From Verrucomicrobiota bacterium (GTDB taxonomy: Bacteria; Verrucomicrobiota; Verrucomicrobiia; Limisphaerales; SXTU01), in the NCBI GenBank assembly GCA_016235545.1, contig JACRKB010000015.1, positions 840 to 64,839 on the forward strand: a stretch of 64,000 nt of DNA. Reading direction: 5' to 3'. The notes under the pieces were generated by a model. That model saw only the letters and a program-made list of their open reading frames with translations, was not told the DNA's origin and did no database searches. The position numbers and the translations under genes are program-made. Positions 18,602 through 27,412 of the stretch are shown here, piece by piece; within the stretch, counting starts at the first letter, position 1; every line of letters begins with the position of its first letter.

Positions 18602-20791
18602 ATGAAACGAATCCTTTCCGCGGTGCTGGTGATCGCCTTTCTGTGCGGTGCCGCGCGGGCAGTCGAGTTCACGCGCGAGCAGTCGGGGCGCATCGCCAAG
18701 GCCGTCGGCACCCTGCTCGACCGGGCGCACTACAAGGGCACGCGGCTGGACGACGCCATCGCGGAGATGCACTTGAAGAACTACCTCGACGCGCTGGACT
18801 ACAACCACATGATTTTCCTCCAGGCGGACGTGGATGAGTTCACCGCCAGGCTCGGCAAGCAGCTCGACAACTTGACCAACAAGGGGGACGCCGATCCGGC
18901 ATACGAAATCTTCGACCGCTACCTCCAGCGCCTGGATGTCTGCGTCACGCGCCTGCCGGCCTTGCTCAAGGCCGATCATGACTTCACAAAGGACGAGAAG
19001 TTCACCGCGCAGCGCAACAAGCTGCCGTGGCCCAGGAGCGAGGCGGAGTCCGCCGAGTTGTGGCGGCAGCGCATCAAGTTCGAGCTGTTGAACGGCAGGC
19101 TTATCAACGAGACACCTGCCAAGACGGCTGAGAAAGTCACCAAGCGCTACGCCCGCCTGCAAAAGAACATGAAGCAGTTCGACGCGAGCGACACGCTGCA
19201 AGTCTATCTCTCCGCGCTGGGCCAGGCGTTCGACCCGCACTCCGGCTACATGGCCCCGGCGGAGGCGAAGAACTTCGCCATCCACAATGTGGACCTCAAG
19301 CTCAACGGCATCGGCGCTCTGCTGGGGCAGGACCCGGACGACGATTACACCCGCATCAAAGGCCTCACCCCCGGCGGCCCGGCGGAACTGGGCAAGCAGG
19401 TCAGGCCCGGCGACAAGATCGTGGCTGTGGCGCAGGGCGACGCCGAGCCGGTGGATTGCGTGGGCATGAAGCTCGGTGAAGTGGTGGACATGATCCGCGG
19501 CAAGAAGGGCAGCGAGGTGCGGCTCACCATCATCCCTGCGGACGCCGTCAGCGAGGCCGACCGGAAGGTCATCCGCATCATCCGCGCCGAGATCAAGCTC
19601 ACGGAGCAATACGCATACGGCCGCGTCATTGAGCACGTCACTGCGGATGGGAAGAAGCAACGGCTGGGAGTGATCGAGCTGCCGCAGTTCTACAAGAAGT
19701 GCGCCGCCGACGTGGAGAAGCTTCTCATCCGGCTCCAGAAGGAACAGGTCGCGGGCGTGATTTTGGACCTGCGCCGCAATGGTGGAGGCCTGCTCAATGA
19801 GGCGGTGGAGCTGACCGGCCTCTTCATCAAGAAAGGCCCCGTCGTGCAGGTGCGGCAGCCCAAGTCCATCGAGGTGCTGGAGGACGAGGACGGGCGCGTG
19901 ACTTACGACGGGCCGTTGATGGTGTTCGTGGGGCACCACAGCGCGTCGGCGTCGGAGATCGTCGCGGCAGCTTTGCAGGACTACGGGCGCGCGCTGATCG
20001 TCGGCGACCTTGCCACTCACGGCAAGGGAACCGTCCAGACCCTCTATCCGCTGGCGAATTTCATGGGCACCCGGCAGGTCGCAGACCCCGGTGAACTCAA
20101 GTTCACCGTCTCGAAATTCTACCGGATCGCGGGCGGCACCACGCAGAAGCACGGCGTCACGCCCGACGTCATCCTGCCCAACATTCTGGACTATCTCGAA
20201 ACCGGCGAAGCTTACCTGCCCAACGTGCTGGAGGCCGACAACATCCCGCCCGCGAAATACCAGCGCGCCGACCGCCTCAATGGCGGCCTGGACGAGCTGC
20301 GCAAGAACTCCTCCGGGCGCATCGCCAAGGACCAGGACTTCGCCTACGTCCGTGAAGACATCGAGCTGGTGAAGAAGCAGCGCGCGGACAAGACCATCTC
20401 GTTGAGCGAGCCCCAGCGCCTGAAGGAAAAGAAGGACGCCGAGGCCCGCGTCGAGGCCCGGAAGAAGGAGCGCGACGCCCGGCCACCCGTCGCCGACAAG
20501 GTGTTCCTCGTGAAGACCGAGACGGTGGACAAGAACCAGCCGCTGATCGCCATCCAGCCACCAAAGCCCGCCCCGGCTGCGCCTAAAGAGGCGGCGGCGA
20601 AGGGCAAGGCCACGCCACCTGCCAAGAAAGAAGTCAAACCCCCGGAGGACGGTGACGAGCTGGAGGACACGACGGACGCCGGCAAGGCCGTCATTGACGC
20701 CTATCTCCGCGAGGCGTTGGACATCCTCGCCGACTACGCCAAGCAGCAGGCCAAAATTGGCCGCGGCGAAGTCGTCATCGCTCCGCGCTGA
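18602..20791 (+). CDS. carboxy-terminal processing (tail-specific) protease, S41 family
   Basis: 729 aa with signal peptide. PDZ region GIGALLG...GGPAELG. Catalytic region GHHSASASEIVAAAL and THGKGTVQ. Confidence 0.85.
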   Translation: MKRILSAVLVIAFLCGAARAVEFTREQSGRIAKAVGTLLDRAHYKGTRLDDAIAEMHLKNYLDALDYNHMIFLQADVDEFTARLGKQLDNLTNKGDADPAYEIFDRYLQRLDVCVTRLPALLKADHDFTKDEKFTAQRNKLPWPRSEAESAELWRQRIKFELLNGRLINETPAKTAEKVTKRYARLQKNMKQFDASDTLQVYLSALGQAFDPHSGYMAPAEAKNFAIHNVDLKLNGIGALLGQDPDDDYTRIKGLTPGGPAELGKQVRPGDKIVAVAQGDAEPVDCVGMKLGEVVDMIRGKKGSEVRLTIIPADAVSEADRKVIRIIRAEIKLTEQYAYGRVIEHVTADGKKQRLGVIELPQFYKKCAADVEKLLIRLQKEQVAGVILDLRRNGGGLLNEAVELTGLFIKKGPVVQVRQPKSIEVLEDEDGRVTYDGPLMVFVGHHSASASEIVAAALQDYGRALIVGDLATHGKGTVQTLYPLANFMGTRQVADPGELKFTVSKFYRIAGGTTQKHGVTPDVILPNILDYLETGEAYLPNVLEADNIPPAKYQRADRLNGGLDELRKNSSGRIAKDQDFAYVREDIELVKKQRADKTISLSEPQRLKEKKDAEARVEARKKERDARPPVADKVFLVKTETVDKNQPLIAIQPPKPAPAAPKEAAAKGKATPPAKKEVKPPEDGDELEDTTDAGKAVIDAYLREALDILADYAKQQAKIGRGEVVIAPR

Positions 20792-20820
20792 CAGAGTGGC
20801 GGCCTGCGTTCCCGTCGTCT

Positions 20821-20955
20821 CCGGTAGGGTGAGACTCCGTCGAACCCCATATCGAGCGCAGCGAGAGTTTTGGTCCTGGCGTTCACCTGAGATGCTCGCT
20901 GCACTCGCGCCGACTGCGTCGGCAATTGGGGTTGGACTGAGTCTCACCCTGCCGG
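20821..20955. mobile_element. MITE-like element, family C, degenerate copy
   Basis: Terminal inverted repeats CCGGTAGGGTGAGACTCCGTCGAACCCCA / TGGGGTTGGACTGAGTCTCACCCTGCCGG (26/29). Internal GATGCTCGCTGCACTCGCGCCGACTGCGTCGG is shared with 53439-53590. Confidence 0.7.
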
Positions 20956-21057
20956 GCATTGCCCTCGCCGCCTCGCCTACACCCTTCCCCTGAAGCCAAA
21001 TCCTTTGCCCCGTCCGCAACTATTCTCTACGCTTGCCGTTCAAGTCCGTGTTGTTAA

Positions 21058-22809
21058 ATGGCCTTTGTCTCCATCAAGAACGTCTTTGCCCGCGCCGCGC
21101 TGGCCACGCCCGATCAGTTTGACGAGTGGTCCAAGCTCTGGCGCCTGGCCGTGGACGGCGGCTCGCAGGAGCCTCTCATCGCCTTCATGGCGCGTGAGTC
21201 GGGCCTGACCGAGGAGCAATTCTTGGAGAAGCTCGCGGCGGCGCTCGAATGGCCGTTCCTCAACCTCAAGCTGCTGGACATCCCCGTCGAGGCGCGCGTG
21301 CGCATCTCCACAAAGGTCGCCTTCCAGCACTGGGTCATGCCGACGAGCTTCGAGGATGGCGTGCTGACCGTCGCGGTGAGCAACCCCTTCGACACCGCGC
21401 TGCTCAACGCCGTGCAGTTCGACGCGCACTGCCCCGTGCGGTTCGCGCTCGCGCCGCGCGCGGAGGTCGAGAAGACGCTCAAGAAGTATTACGGCGTCGG
21501 CGCGGAGACGCTCGATGAGATGTCCGAGAACGAGCCGATGGAGCTGGAAATCGCGAGCGACAAGGAAATCACCGAGGGCGACCAGGAGGCGAGCGTCATC
21601 AAGTTCGTCAACCAGATCGTCTGGGAGGCGTTCAAGGCCCGTGCGACGGACATTCATTTCGAGCCGGCGGAGGACGAGCTGCGCATCCGCAACCGCATTG
21701 ACGGCATCCTGCACCAGATTCCGCTGCCGCCGCAGCTCAAGCGCTTCCAGGCCGCCATCATCTCGCGCATCAAGGTCATGTCCGGGATGAACATTTCCGA
21801 GAAGCGCCTCCCGCAGGACGGCCGCATCAACGTCCGCATCAAGGGCGAGGAGATCGACATCCGCGTCTCCACGGTGCCCACGGTTTATGGCGAGAGCGTC
21901 TCGCTCCGCCTGCTGTTGCGCGGGAAGATTTTCCTCAGCCTCGACAAGCTCGGCTTCACGCCCACCGAGGAGACGGCCATCCGCGACATCATCTACAAGC
22001 CGCACGGCATCATGCTCGTCACGGGGCCGACCGGCTCGGGCAAGTCCACCACTCTCTACGCCTTCCTCAGCTCCATCAACTCCGTCCACAAGCGCATCAT
22101 CACCATCGAGGAGCCGGTGGAATACGAGCTGAAGGGCATCAACCAGATCGCCGTGCGCTCGGACATCGGGCTGACGTTTGCGATGGGCCTGCGCCACATC
22201 CTGCGCCAGGATCCGAACGTCGTGATGGTCGGCGAAATCCGCGACCAGGAGACGGCGGAGATCGCCATTCGTGCCGCGCTCACGGGACACCTGGTTTTCA
22301 GCACGCTGCACACGAACGATGCGCCCAGCGCCTTCACGCGCTTGATTGACATGGGCATCGAGCCGTTCCTTGTCGCGTCATCCGTCGAGGCCATCATGGC
22401 GCAACGCCTCGTCCGCACCATCTGCCCGAAGTGCAAGGTCGAGCAGCAGGTCGAACGCGATTATCTCGCACGCATCGGGTTCCCGGCGGACGAGGTGGCG
22501 ACGACGCAGTTCATGCGCGGCACTGGCTGCGAGGATTGCCGGATGCTCGGCTACCAAGGCCGGCAGGGCATCCACGAGCTGCTCCTCGTCACCGAGGCGT
22601 TGCGGCCCCTCATCATGAACCGCGCGCCCGCCTCCGCCATCGCCCAGCGCGCGCAGCAGGACGGCATGAGGACGCTGCGCACGGACGGCTGGAAGAAGGT
22701 GCAGGCCGGCATCACGACCATCGAGGAAGTCCTGCGCGTGACACAGACCGAGGAACATCTGAAGGCGCTGATGGAAGACACGGGGACGATGTTTTTGGCG
22801 AAGGCATGA
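21058..22809 (+). CDS. GspE/PilB-family secretion ATPase
   Basis: N-terminal MshEN/T2SSE_N-like domain. Walker A GPTGSGKST, MVGEIRD, His box GHLVFSTLHTNDA, tetracysteine CPKC...CEDC. Confidence 0.9.
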   Translation: MAFVSIKNVFARAALATPDQFDEWSKLWRLAVDGGSQEPLIAFMARESGLTEEQFLEKLAAALEWPFLNLKLLDIPVEARVRISTKVAFQHWVMPTSFEDGVLTVAVSNPFDTALLNAVQFDAHCPVRFALAPRAEVEKTLKKYYGVGAETLDEMSENEPMELEIASDKEITEGDQEASVIKFVNQIVWEAFKARATDIHFEPAEDELRIRNRIDGILHQIPLPPQLKRFQAAIISRIKVMSGMNISEKRLPQDGRINVRIKGEEIDIRVSTVPTVYGESVSLRLLLRGKIFLSLDKLGFTPTEETAIRDIIYKPHGIMLVTGPTGSGKSTTLYAFLSSINSVHKRIITIEEPVEYELKGINQIAVRSDIGLTFAMGLRHILRQDPNVVMVGEIRDQETAEIAIRAALTGHLVFSTLHTNDAPSAFTRLIDMGIEPFLVASSVEAIMAQRLVRTICPKCKVEQQVERDYLARIGFPADEVATTQFMRGTGCEDCRMLGYQGRQGIHELLLVTEALRPLIMNRAPASAIAQRAQQDGMRTLRTDGWKKVQAGITTIEEVLRVTQTEEHLKALMEDTGTMFLAKA

Positions 22810-22857
22810 GGCGATGAACGAGAAACTCCAATTCCCCTTCTGCTCGGCGTTTGCTCT

Positions 22858-22949
22858 GCGTGTTCCGTGTTCCGTGTTCCGTGAGCATGGCTGGGCGTGC
22901 TGGAACTTCCGCCGCCAACCTAGAACCCAGAACCCAGAACCCAGAACCC
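22858..22949. repeat. two non-complementary heptamer tracts (GTGTTCC x3; GAACCCA x4)
   Basis: GCGTGTTCCGTGTTCCGTGTTCCGTGA (22858-22884) and TAGAACCCAGAACCCAGAACCCAGAACCC (22921-22949), ending 8 nt before the next start codon. Confidence 0.75.
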
Positions 22950-22956
22950 GCTTCGC

Positions 22957-24348
22957 GTGAAGCCCTCGCCCCCCAACGCCTGCAACGTCCTCGACCTCGC
23001 CGCCGACCGGCGGCGGCTCTGGTGCTTTGACATCGGGGGCGATGGCAAGGCCGAGCTGGACGAGGAGTTTGCCGGCCTGCCCGGCGACGCGCTGCCCGAC
23101 CAGCACGTCGCGAAAGACTGGCGCGCCCTTTTCAGCAGCCGGCTGAACCTCGCGTGGCTACCGGCTGGCAGCGTGTTTCTGCGCGTCGCGCAGTTTCCCA
23201 AGTGCGACCGCGCGGAGCTGCTGGCGATGGTGGAGCTGGCGCTCGAGAAGATTTCGCCGCTGCCCGTCGCGCAGATTGCGTGGACCGTCGAGCCTGTGCC
23301 CACGCGCACCACGGTGCCCAGCGAGATGCAGACCGTCATCGTGCTCATCGCGGCACGGAACGAGGTGGAGAAGTTCCTTGGCACGCTGGAGGGGCGCGGC
23401 TTCCTCGCCGACCGGCTGGAGGTGCCGCTGTTGCATCAAGTCCTGGCGACGAAGGTCGAAGGCGAAGGCGCTTGGGTTTATCCCGGCAGCGGCACGGACG
23501 CCCACTCCTGCCTCGTCGCCTGGTGGTTTGGCGGTGAGCTGCGCAGCCTCACGCTGGTGAAGCTCACCGCGCCGGAGCACTGGCAGCGCGAACTCGGCGA
23601 GGTGCTGACGAAGTCCGCGTGGGCCGGCGAACTCGAAGGCTGGCTCACCAGCGCGCCGCGCTTCCGCCTCGTGTCTGTGCCGGAGGATCAGGAGGTCTGG
23701 CTGCGCGTCCTGAGTGACTTGTCTGACGGCCCGGTGGACGTGACGAAGCCTTGCGAGCCAGCGGCGCTGGCCACTCTCTCCGCCCAGCGCGCGGCGCGCG
23801 GCGAGAGCCTGGCGAACCTGCTCCCCGCGGAGTTCACCACGCGCTACCGGCAGCAGTTCGTGGACAGTGTGTGGATGCGCGGGCTGGGCGCGCTGGTGGT
23901 GCTGTATCTCCTGGGAGTCGCGGTGTTCTTCGCGATGCTCTGGCGTGCGGAAACGCAGAAGCAGGATTTGGAAATCCGCGTCGCCTCCCTCTCCGGCTCC
24001 TACACGAATGCGCTCGTCACCAGGGCGCGCATCCAGGTTTTGCAGGAGCAGATTGCGCTGAAATACGCCGCCATCGAGAGCCTCAAGGCGGTTTCCGCGA
24101 AGCTGCCCGAGGGGATGCAGCTCACGGACTTCGCCTTCCAGCGCGGCAGGAAGGTGGCCTTGCGCGGCCTGGTGCCGGCGGACCAAATCAGCAAGCTCAC
24201 GGACTACAGCGCGGCGTTGCAGGCGGCCACGCTCAACGGCGTCCCCCTCTTCAAGTCTGTCAGCGCGCCCAGCTCGGGCAGCGGCGGGGCGCCGAACCAG
24301 TTCAACTGGAACCTGAGCTGCGAGCTGCGCGGCCCCGAACTCGAATGA
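22957..24348 (+). CDS. PilM-like N-domain fused to PilN-like TM/coiled-coil protein
   Basis: GTG start. Cytoplasmic ~300 aa, one TM (LGALVVLYLLGVAVFFAML), then coiled coil plus alpha/beta domain as in PilN/GspL. Stop overlaps the next start (ATGA). Confidence 0.55.
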   Translation: MKPSPPNACNVLDLAADRRRLWCFDIGGDGKAELDEEFAGLPGDALPDQHVAKDWRALFSSRLNLAWLPAGSVFLRVAQFPKCDRAELLAMVELALEKISPLPVAQIAWTVEPVPTRTTVPSEMQTVIVLIAARNEVEKFLGTLEGRGFLADRLEVPLLHQVLATKVEGEGAWVYPGSGTDAHSCLVAWWFGGELRSLTLVKLTAPEHWQRELGEVLTKSAWAGELEGWLTSAPRFRLVSVPEDQEVWLRVLSDLSDGPVDVTKPCEPAALATLSAQRAARGESLANLLPAEFTTRYRQQFVDSVWMRGLGALVVLYLLGVAVFFAMLWRAETQKQDLEIRVASLSGSYTNALVTRARIQVLQEQIALKYAAIESLKAVSAKLPEGMQLTDFAFQRGRKVALRGLVPADQISKLTDYSAALQAATLNGVPLFKSVSAPSSGSGGAPNQFNWNLSCELRGPELE

Positions 24349-24944
24349 AAAGCATCTTCGACAAGTTGAACCTCGGCGCGCTGGAGCGGCGCATCGTCGT
24401 GGGCGCTGCGCTGGTGCTCTTCATCGTGGTCAACGCGATGTTCGTCTGGCCGCAGTTCAAGGACTGGAACAAGGTGCAGCTCGCCATCCTCAAGGCGCAG
24501 ACGACGCTCGCTGATTACCAAAAGGAAGTGGACCAGCTCCCGCAGCTCCAGAAGAAGGAGGAGGCGCTCAAGGACACCGGCGGCGCGCAGCACGCCTCGG
24601 CGGAGATCGCGCTGGCCCTCATGCGCATCGTCACACCCAAGGCGGGCGCCGCCGGGATCAACGTCAGCTCGTGGAGTCCCAGCTCGGCGGGCACGCCCAG
24701 CGCCGACGGCTACTTCGAGGAGCACTCGCTCCGGGTCAGCTTTCAAAACACCGGCGACGCCGAGCTGCTCAAGTTCATGGTGTCGCTGGGCGAGAACAAT
24801 TCCACCATCCGCATCCGTGACCTGTCGGTGAAGCCCGATGCAACGCAGATGAAACTGATGGGCGAGCTGACGATGGTGGCGAGCTACCAGAAGGTCGCGC
24901 CCGCCGGCAAACAAGCGCCCACCGCAACTCCCAAACGTCCATGA
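24345..24944 (+). CDS. PilO/GspM-like assembly protein
   Basis: 199 aa: N-terminal TM (IVVGAALVLFIVVNAMFVW), coiled coil, C-terminal ferredoxin-like segment. ATGA overlaps with both neighbours. Confidence 0.55.
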   Translation: MKSIFDKLNLGALERRIVVGAALVLFIVVNAMFVWPQFKDWNKVQLAILKAQTTLADYQKEVDQLPQLQKKEEALKDTGGAQHASAEIALALMRIVTPKAGAAGINVSSWSPSSAGTPSADGYFEEHSLRVSFQNTGDAELLKFMVSLGENNSTIRIRDLSVKPDATQMKLMGELTMVASYQKVAPAGKQAPTATPKRP

Positions 24945-27328
24945 AAATCAAACTGGCGAGCCTCCTCCTCACCGCCGTGACGACTGTGCTGTGCGCGCAA
25001 GTGCCACTGCCCACCGCTCCCGTCGGCAAATCTCCTGCCGTGAAGGTGCCAGTGCGCGCCCTCACACCGGAAGCGCCGGCAAATGTCAGCACGCTGGGCA
25101 CGAACGCCACTCGCATCCAAAATGTTTCAGGCACCAGGGCTCCCGACGTGTTCGCGCCCGCGTCTGCGAACACGAACCGAACGTCCGCACCGGCAAACGT
25201 GATCGCGATTCCCGCCGCCCCTGCCGCCGCCGCCGCAGGGACAAATGCGATGGGCGCGCTCGCCAGCCGCGCGCCGACGGACCTCGTGCTCAACGCCGCC
25301 GGCGAGCGGACGCTCGACCCCGCGCACACGCGCTTGCTGAACCAGCCGCTCGAACAGGTGATGGACCTGTATGCCGACTTGGCGGGCCGCACGGTGCTGC
25401 GTTCACCAGCGGTCAATTTCGATCAGATCAAGCTGACCTTGAACACCAAGACGCCGCTGACTGACCGCGAGTGGTTGCAGGCGATTGACAGCCTGCTGGC
25501 GCTGAACCAGATCGCCGTCATCCCCATTGGCGAGAAGTTCCTCACTGTCGTGCCGATGGCCGCGGCATTGCAGGAAGGCGCGGCCTTCAACACAAATGCC
25601 GTGGGCGAGCTGCCCGAGGCCAGCCAATACATCACGAAGATCATTCAAGTCACCAACGCCAAGCCCAGCGAGATCATCGCGGCCATCCAGCCTTTCGCGA
25701 AGCTGCCCGGCGGCATCCTGCCGATCGACGCGACCGGGGTGATCGTGCTCCGAGACAACGCCATCAACATCAAGCGCATGATGGAGGTGCTGGCGAAGAT
25801 TGATGTGGTCGTGCCGAGTGACGAGGAGTTCAAGGTCATCCCGATCAACTACGCGCTCGCGGCAGACGTGGCGCAGGTGCTCGGCAGCTTCACCACGGCG
25901 GGGCCAGCGGCGGGCGGCAGCACCGCGAGCCGCACCGGCGGCGCCGGTTCTTCCACCACGCGCCGGACGGGCACCACCTCGCCCTTCGGAGGCGGCACGG
26001 GCATCCCCGGAGTGGGCGGCGCGACCTCGCCCTTTGGCACGCAGCCGGGCGCGAGCCCCAACATTCCCGGCGCTGCACAGCCCGGCACACAACAGTCGCA
26101 ATTTCAGAACCGCCTGAACCAGATCGTCAGCAACATCACCGGAGGCCGCGGCGGCGGCGCGCCGTTGCTGGGAGAGGCCAAGATCATTCCCTACGACCGG
26201 AGCAACTCGCTGCTCGTGCTGGCGAACAAGGCCGAGCTGGCCATGCTCACCCGCCTGCTCAAGGAGATTGATGTGCCGCAGCAGCAGGTGCTCATCGAGG
26301 CGCTCATCTTCGAGACCGATCTCACTCACTCGCGGGACGTGAACTTCGGCGTGGGCCAGAAGACGGGCGCAGCCGGAGGCAATTTTGTCGGCAGGGGTGG
26401 CATCAACTCCATCATCAACTTCTCCACCAACACCACTGTGCTGGGCGTCGGCGCGACGACCGGCGGCTTCGCATACTTGGCGCAGATCGGAGCGAACTGG
26501 GCGGCGGCGGTGCAGTTGCTCGAGAGCGATTCCAAGACCGAGGTGCTCTCGCGCCCGCGCATCCAGACCTCGCACGCGGAGGCGGCTACCATCTTTTCCG
26601 GCGGCACCACGCCCTACGTCACTGGCAGCATCTCCGGCGCGGGCTTCGGCACGCAGCAGCAGATTCAGCAGCTCCAGATCGGCATCAACATGTCTGTGCT
26701 GCCCCTCATCACCTCGGATGGCCTCGTGGTGCTCGACATCAACCAGACCATCGAAGGTGAGAACGGGACGGTGTCCATTGACGCGAACCTGAAGGTTCCC
26801 AAGACCGTGCGCCACACCGCGCAGGCGAAGGTCGCCGTGAAGGACGGCGAGACGATCATTCTCGGCGGCCTCATCCGCACTGCCATGACGAAGAGCGTTT
26901 CCGGCGTGCCGGTGTTGAAGGATATTCCCGGCTTCGGCGCGCTGTTCCGGTCCACGAGCGAAAGCCCGACTCGGAAGGAGCTGATGGTCTTGATCCGCCC
27001 CACGGTCTTGAAGACGCCGGAACTTGCCTCCCTCGCCGCGCAGGCCGAGCGCCAGCGTTCGGCCAGCCTGCGCGGCGTGGAGCGGACCGTCACCGAGGAG
27101 GAGAATAAGATTAACAAGAAACTTCAGGACGAGGAGAAGGCGCGGAACAAGAAACGGGAAGAGGAGGAAATCGAGGCGATTCGCCAGGAGGTGTGGAAAG
27201 CTCGCTACGGAAAGCCAGCCCGGCCGGACGCAAGTGTCGCCCCTGCTCCGGGCACCCCTGCTGCGCCCACCCCTGAGCAGAAGCCCCCTGTGGACTTTCT
27301 GGACCTGCCGAAGCCCAGCACGCCCTGA
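24941..27328 (+). CDS. secretin (PilQ/GspD family)
   Basis: Signal peptide, N-domains, secretin core with VPVLKDIPGFGALFR. G/T/P-rich insert and a charged, then P-rich, C-terminal tail. Confidence 0.9.
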   Translation: MKIKLASLLLTAVTTVLCAQVPLPTAPVGKSPAVKVPVRALTPEAPANVSTLGTNATRIQNVSGTRAPDVFAPASANTNRTSAPANVIAIPAAPAAAAAGTNAMGALASRAPTDLVLNAAGERTLDPAHTRLLNQPLEQVMDLYADLAGRTVLRSPAVNFDQIKLTLNTKTPLTDREWLQAIDSLLALNQIAVIPIGEKFLTVVPMAAALQEGAAFNTNAVGELPEASQYITKIIQVTNAKPSEIIAAIQPFAKLPGGILPIDATGVIVLRDNAINIKRMMEVLAKIDVVVPSDEEFKVIPINYALAADVAQVLGSFTTAGPAAGGSTASRTGGAGSSTTRRTGTTSPFGGGTGIPGVGGATSPFGTQPGASPNIPGAAQPGTQQSQFQNRLNQIVSNITGGRGGGAPLLGEAKIIPYDRSNSLLVLANKAELAMLTRLLKEIDVPQQQVLIEALIFETDLTHSRDVNFGVGQKTGAAGGNFVGRGGINSIINFSTNTTVLGVGATTGGFAYLAQIGANWAAAVQLLESDSKTEVLSRPRIQTSHAEAATIFSGGTTPYVTGSISGAGFGTQQQIQQLQIGINMSVLPLITSDGLVVLDINQTIEGENGTVSIDANLKVPKTVRHTAQAKVAVKDGETIILGGLIRTAMTKSVSGVPVLKDIPGFGALFRSTSESPTRKELMVLIRPTVLKTPELASLAAQAERQRSASLRGVERTVTEEENKINKKLQDEEKARNKKREEEEIEAIRQEVWKARYGKPARPDASVAPAPGTPAAPTPEQKPPVDFLDLPKPSTP

Positions 27329-27329
27329 T

Positions 27330-27354
27330 GGGTCGGAAGGCCGGTCTCCGACCC
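27330..27354. terminator. hairpin between convergent genes (possible bidirectional terminator)
   Basis: GGGTCGGA-aggccggtc-TCCGACCC, starting 2 nt after the secretin stop. No U-tract. Confidence 0.3.
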
Positions 27355-27412
27355 GGCGTGAACCAGCCACCGATCTGCCGCCGATGTCGTCCGATCCTGT
27401 GCCCTGTTTGAG

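Noticed and set aside
18293-21019. 908-aa ORF antisense to the S41 protease gene
   Set aside because: Same reasoning. The plus-strand frame carries PDZ and S41 catalytic motifs. The antisense frame is low-complexity with no recognisable domain.
22858-22949. Possible CRISPR array or other direct-repeat array among the short tandem repeats. Also considered for 28272-28495.
   Set aside because: The repeat units are 7-27 nt with no regularly sized unique spacers. The arms are inverted or tandem rather than repeat-spacer. No cas genes are in the window, and the 28.3-kb repeats are in-frame coding.
25403-27370. 655-aa ORF antisense to the secretin gene. Similar long antisense ORFs occur at 38818..40479, 44295..46355, 53788..55677, 12077..13696 and 9125..9958.
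   Set aside because: All lie opposite genes with clear family motifs and show the Arg/Gly/Ala-rich bias of non-coding frames in GC-rich DNA.
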